Position numbers and translations under genes: made by a program. Shown piece by piece: positions 59,749 to 64,000 of a stretch of 64,000 nt of DNA. The DNA comes from Thermoplasmatota archaeon (lineage in GTDB: Archaea; Thermoplasmatota; E2; JACPAO01; JAHFTW01). The notes beneath the pieces are model-generated. The model was not told where the DNA came from. It worked only from the letters and a program-made list of their open reading frames with translations, and made no database searches. Every line of letters starts with the position of its first letter. Position 1 is the first letter of the stretch. The stretch spans positions 7,570 to 71,569 of the forward strand of contig DATLBS010000009.1 of assembly GCA_035526765.1 (NCBI GenBank), written 5' to 3'.

Positions 59749-59773
59749 ACCCGCGGCTTGGGCTCGCGGCGGC

Positions 59774-60586
59774 GTGGGCGAGCCTGCACGCATCGTGAGC
59801 CTCGTGCCCAGCCACACCGAGTCGCTGCACGCCCTCGGCCTCGCGGCCCGCGTCGTCGGCCGCACCCGCTTCTGCATCCACCCGGAACCCTGGGTCGGCA
59901 CGGTGCCCGCCGTCGGCGGCACGAAGGACGCCAGGCTGGACCGCATCCTCGCGCTGCGCCCCGACCTCGTGGTGGCGGACAAGGACGAGAACCCGAAGGC
60001 GCTGGTGGAGGCCCTGCAGGCCGCAGGGGTGGAGGTGCTTTGGTCGGAGATCGACGCCGTCGAGGACGCCGCACGCTTCCTGGAGGCGCTGGGCCGCCGC
60101 TGCGGCGCCGACCAGGCCGCCACGGTCCTGGCCAGGGACCTCCGCGCCGCGATGGCCGAGGTCGCGGTCGCGGGCGGAGGTGGGCCCGGCGTGCCCGTGT
60201 TCTGCCCCATCTGGCATGCGCCCTGGATGACGTTCGACCGCACCGCGTACCCGAGCGCCATGCTGGCTGCCGTCGGCCTACGAAACGTCTTCGCGGACCA
60301 CGCGGGACCCAAGTACTTCCAGGTCGCGGACGGCGAGGTGGCCGCAGCGGGTGCCCAGTGGTCGCTGCTGCCCTCAGAGCCGTTCCCCTTCCACCGCCAC
60401 CCCGTCGACACCTCCGGCCTGGGGCCGGCGGGGCATCCCGAGCGGGTGCGCGTCATCGACGGCGAGGCGCTCACCTGGTTCGGGGCGCGCACCGCGGCGG
60501 GGCTGCGCGAGCTGGCCGGTGTGGCGCGCTCGCTGGTCAGTCCTGGCGGCGGCGCTGCAGCAGGGCCGCGCAGCCCAGCAGGCTGA
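59774..60586 (+). CDS. Helical-backbone metal receptor (BtuF/TroA-like substrate-binding protein)
   Basis: RIVSLVPSHTESL, VGRTRFCIHP, VGGTKD..LDRILALRPDLVV..KDEN, IDGEALTWFG. Confidence 0.85.
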   Translation: MGEPARIVSLVPSHTESLHALGLAARVVGRTRFCIHPEPWVGTVPAVGGTKDARLDRILALRPDLVVADKDENPKALVEALQAAGVEVLWSEIDAVEDAARFLEALGRRCGADQAATVLARDLRAAMAEVAVAGGGGPGVPVFCPIWHAPWMTFDRTAYPSAMLAAVGLRNVFADHAGPKYFQVADGEVAAAGAQWSLLPSEPFPFHRHPVDTSGLGPAGHPERVRVIDGEALTWFGARTAAGLRELAGVARSLVSPGGGAAAGPRSPAG

Positions 60587-62582
60587 CCAGGGCCAGCAAG
60601 CCTGCGCCGGGGCTCGACCGCGAGGCGCCTTCCACGGCCTTGGCGCGCGCCGCCGCGTCGTAGGGCCCGAGGCCACCGTGCAGGTCCTCGAAGGCGGCGC
60701 CGCTCCCGCTGCCGCCGGCGCCGCCGGCGGAGCGCGTGGCCGACGCGGTGCCGTAGGCGGCGGAGCCGTCGGCGCTGGCGGCCATGGGCGCTTCCTTGGC
60801 GCCCGCGGAGGCGTACATGCAGCATCCGCCGTTGGATTCCTGGCCCGGCGTCAACTGGATGTCGAAGGGGGTCTCGCCGGACTTCAGGGTCAGCATGCCG
60901 ACCCAGTGGAGGTGGCCCTCGGCGTAGGCGTAGACGTCCATGTGGCCGCTGCGGACCTTGATGCTGTAGGAGCCGTCCTTGTCGGTGGTGGCGGAGCCGT
61001 ACCCGTAGCCGTCCTGGCTGCTGAAGCTCACCTGGGCGTTGGGGATCGCCTTGCCGGTCGAGGCATCGACGACGTAGCCGGAGACGACGGCGTCGGGGGC
61101 AGGCCGCTGCTCGAGGCGGACCGTCACCTTGGTGGTGGCGTCCGCGGGCAGGTCGAGGACCTGGTTCCAGGCGTAGTGCTCGGGCCGGCAGGGCCTGTAG
61201 TTGCCATCGGTCTGGGGGCAGTCGCGGTAGGCGTCGTGGCCGACCGAGAGGACCGTGTAGCCCGGGGTGACGTCGCCGCTGAAGGTGCCGTCGCTGTTGA
61301 CGCGGATCGCGCAGCCGTTGCTGTAGCCGCCCGGGTAGGGGTAGGAGACATCGCTGCTGGTGGGGCTCTCCGGGTCGCTGGGCGGCGTCTCCTGCGCGGG
61401 CTTGGGCGGGGAGTCGTCGGCCTGGGAGGCGTCCTGGCTGCACTCGTAGAGGCCGTAGCGGGGCGACTGCACGCCGATGTAGAGGGCCGAGAGGCCCTTG
61501 CCGGTGGAGGCGTCCACGACGCGGCCCTCGATGTGGGCCGTCTTGGGGGGGAACTTCTGCATCTCGATGTCGTGCGCCACGGATGCGCCCGTCACCTCGA
61601 CGTTCGCGTAGTGGTTCGCGTAGCCTTCGTGGTACACGTTCATGCTGACGCTCACGCCGCTTGCGACATGGATGCTGTAGCGGCCCTCGCGGTCGGTGAC
61701 CGTGGAGTTGTAGCCGTTGCCGTAGTAGGGGCGCGCGACCGCCATGCCGGAGCTGGGGCTGGACGCGGAGGCGGGGGAGGCGGTGCCGGAGGAGGTGGAG
61801 GTGTCGTACGCGTGGCAGCAGCCGCCGTAGCCGCCGTAGCTGTACACGTTGATGGTGAAGCCGGGCAGGGGCGTCCCGTCCTGGTCGCGGACCACGCCGT
61901 GCAGGGTGGCGTCCTGCCTGGGGGCTTCGGGGACGCGGAGGGCGACCCCCTGGGTGCCGTCCACGAACTGGCTGACCGAGGCCAGCTGCATGCCGTCGGA
62001 GTCGACCGAGAAGGTGCGCTCGCCGGACTGGGTCGTGACGGTGAAGGCGCCGTCGGCGTCCGTGTACGTGTCGGTCATGCCGAAGTCGTTGGCGCAGCAC
62101 ACCGTGACGTGGGCCTTCGGCAGGCCCTTGCCGTCCTGGTCGGTGACGGTGCCCTTGACGTCGATCGACCTGGGGACCAATCCGACGCGGCGTTCGGTGG
62201 CACCCTGGATGTTGAGCTGGAACTCCATGGTCTCGTAGCCCACGCGCTTGAGCTCTAGGGTGTACGTGCCTGCCGTGAGGTCGGAGCCGGAGAACGTGTA
62301 GGTGCCGTTCTGGTTGGTGGTGCCGGACTTGTCGACCGCGAGGGCGCCCGTGCCCCCGACGCCGGCCTTCGTGAGGTGGAGCTGGACGTTGCCCAGGGCG
62401 GGGCCGCAGCCGGCAGCGTCGCCGGGCTCGGGCGCCTGCACGTAGTTGACGTTGCGGTCGCGCGAGCAGACGTCGACGTCGAGGGAGTTGGACACCTGCG
62501 CATCGATGGGGTGCGGCACGAGGGCGATGGCGCCCAGCAGGAAGACGGCGGTGAGGACGAGGGCGGACGGCTTGCGGTCCAT
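60537..62582 (-). CDS. Carboxypeptidase-regulatory-like repeat surface protein with RSSP-TM-RRR anchor
   Basis: Signal peptide; repeated G.V.D..TGK.IP.A.V / TTD.DG.Y modules; ends RSSPGAGLLALVSLLGCAALLQRRRQD. Confidence 0.82.
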   Translation of the reverse strand: MDRKPSALVLTAVFLLGAIALVPHPIDAQVSNSLDVDVCSRDRNVNYVQAPEPGDAAGCGPALGNVQLHLTKAGVGGTGALAVDKSGTTNQNGTYTFSGSDLTAGTYTLELKRVGYETMEFQLNIQGATERRVGLVPRSIDVKGTVTDQDGKGLPKAHVTVCCANDFGMTDTYTDADGAFTVTTQSGERTFSVDSDGMQLASVSQFVDGTQGVALRVPEAPRQDATLHGVVRDQDGTPLPGFTINVYSYGGYGGCCHAYDTSTSSGTASPASASSPSSGMAVARPYYGNGYNSTVTDREGRYSIHVASGVSVSMNVYHEGYANHYANVEVTGASVAHDIEMQKFPPKTAHIEGRVVDASTGKGLSALYIGVQSPRYGLYECSQDASQADDSPPKPAQETPPSDPESPTSSDVSYPYPGGYSNGCAIRVNSDGTFSGDVTPGYTVLSVGHDAYRDCPQTDGNYRPCRPEHYAWNQVLDLPADATTKVTVRLEQRPAPDAVVSGYVVDASTGKAIPNAQVSFSSQDGYGYGSATTDKDGSYSIKVRSGHMDVYAYAEGHLHWVGMLTLKSGETPFDIQLTPGQESNGGCCMYASAGAKEAPMAASADGSAAYGTASATRSAGGAGGSGSGAAFEDLHGGLGPYDAAARAKAVEGASRSSPGAGLLALVSLLGCAALLQRRRQD

Positions 62583-62682
62583 GGAGTGGACATGTCCCTT
62601 CGGACTATATCAACCCCGGTCGGCAGGCGGGGGTTTCCCCAACCATGGGGGGAGCCGCGTTGGGCCCTTCGGCGCACCCGCC

Positions 62683-63028
62683 GGAACCACAGGATGCCAC
62701 CGATGGAGAGGATTCCCTGGCTTTCCACAGATGGAGAGGTGCCCCCCGGCCTTCCGCCCACGCCTCCGGTAATTTTCCTCTAACAATCTCCAAAGGCGCC
62801 GGGTCCAAGCCACCTTCCACGATCGACCCATCGGCCTGTCGTGAACCCGCGACCCGTCCAACCTGCTGTGGCGCCGACGCCGGCGTCCAGATACAACGGG
62901 TTGGGACAGTTGGCGATGGCGTGTGCGCGCGAAGCGCGCCCGCCGAACCTGGCCAGGAACGCGCGGAGACCGCGGAAATCCTGGCAGTTGCCATGCGCTG
63001 CGGGGGGGTGTGTCCGCGTGTTCCGCGA
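62683..63028 (+). repeat. Mosaic intergenic element between divergent genes
   Basis: GAACCACAGGATGCCACCGAT; TCGACCCATCGGCCTGTCG 62823-62841; GTGGCGCCGACGCCGG 62868; GCGCGC-GAA-GCGCGC 62925-62939; CGCGGA arms. Confidence 0.88.
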
Positions 63029-63130
63029 CATCCGCGTGCAGGCGGGGCCATGTTCGCCCAGGGCACCCTCGTTCGTGCGCCTCTCGGAGGGCCGGTTGGT
63101 TCTTACCAGGAGGGAGTCCTCGACGCACCC

Positions 63131-63904
63131 GTGCCCGAGCCCCGCGACGCCCCCACGCCGTCCCCGGCACCGGCACCGTTCCTCCCCCTCGAGGGCGCGC
63201 CTGCCTCCAACCTCCTTGCCCCAGACCCCCGCTACGCCCTGGGCGGCATCGACGAGGCCGGCCGCGGCCCCGTCATGGGTCCCCTCGTGGTGGCGGGCGT
63301 CGCGGTCACCAACCCGGGCCTGCCCAAGCGCCTGGGCTGCCGCGACTCCAAGATGGTGCTGCCGGCCCGCCGGGAGGCCCTCGACCGCGCCCTGCGCGCC
63401 GACAAGGGCGTCCACGTCGAGGTGCGCGTCATCGCGCCGGAGACTTTGGACGAGCAGCGTCGGCAGGGCCGGAGCCTCAACGACATCGAGCTCGAGGCCT
63501 TCCGCGACATCGCCGTCCACCTTGACGCCAGGCGGCTCTACGTGGATGCGGCCGACGTGGACGCGGACCGTTTCGGCGCGGGCATCCAGTGGGCCGTGCC
63601 GCGCACCACCGTGCTGTCCATGCACCGCGCCGACAGCAAGCACGCCGTGTGCGGCGCCGCCAGCATCGTCGCCAAGGTGGCGCGCGACGCCGAGGTCGCC
63701 AAGCTGGGCAGGCTGCTCGAGCGCAAGGTGAACCGGCCCCTGGGCTCCGGGTACTCGCACGACCCGATCACGCAGGAGTTCCTTCGCGCCTGGTGGGAGC
63801 AGGAGCGCTGCCTGCCGCCCGGCATCCGCGCCACGTGGGCGACGGCGGCGGAGCTGGTGGCGCCCAAGCCCATGAAGCTGGACGCGTTCCTCGCCGGCCC
63901 CTAG
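63131..63904 (+). CDS. rnhB: Ribonuclease HII
   Basis: GIDEAGRGPVMGPLVV, RDSK, VDAAD, AASIVAKVARD, GSGYSHDP; start uncertain (63051 or 63131). Confidence 0.94.
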   Translation: MPEPRDAPTPSPAPAPFLPLEGAPASNLLAPDPRYALGGIDEAGRGPVMGPLVVAGVAVTNPGLPKRLGCRDSKMVLPARREALDRALRADKGVHVEVRVIAPETLDEQRRQGRSLNDIELEAFRDIAVHLDARRLYVDAADVDADRFGAGIQWAVPRTTVLSMHRADSKHAVCGAASIVAKVARDAEVAKLGRLLERKVNRPLGSGYSHDPITQEFLRAWWEQERCLPPGIRATWATAAELVAPKPMKLDAFLAGP

Positions 63905-64000
63905 CCGATGCCCGGCGCCGCAGGTCCAGGCGCCGGCCGCATCCGCACCTGGGCCACCTCGGCCTCACCCTCGGGCGGCCATCCGGGCGGGCTACAGCAA

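Overview
GC-rich (roughly 70% by eye) archaeal chromosomal window, most consistent with a Thermoplasmatota-like euryarchaeote. The markers are Topo VI A/B, Orc1/Cdc6, archaeosine TGT with PUA, archaeal-type LeuRS, phosphopantothenate synthetase, Ser-His type signal peptidases and TATA-like boxes about 25 nt before start codons. About 58 CDSs and one tRNA-Glu(CTC) are supported. They cover housekeeping, NAD synthesis (nadX/nadA/nadC), LeuC/LeuD/LeuB-family enzymes, uvrA, rnhB, vapBC, and many lipoproteins and C-terminally anchored surface proteins. No transposase, integrase, prophage or CRISPR array is visible. The most unusual feature is non-coding. Many of the larger intergenic gaps hold a mosaic element built from shared modules reshuffled in order and orientation. 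The modules are 9-nt-periodic arms (GAACCACAGATNNCACAGAT / CACGGAANNCACGGAA), 8-bp GC hairpins with purine (mostly GNA) triloops and compensatory changes, and several 19-44 nt near-identical blocks. There are also two 10-nt-period arrays and a duplication of the nadX 3' end. Together this looks like an archaeal REP/BIME- or MITE-like system whose mobilising or binding protein is not in the window. Start codons were chosen by eye, and all family assignments come from motif recognition, not database searches.
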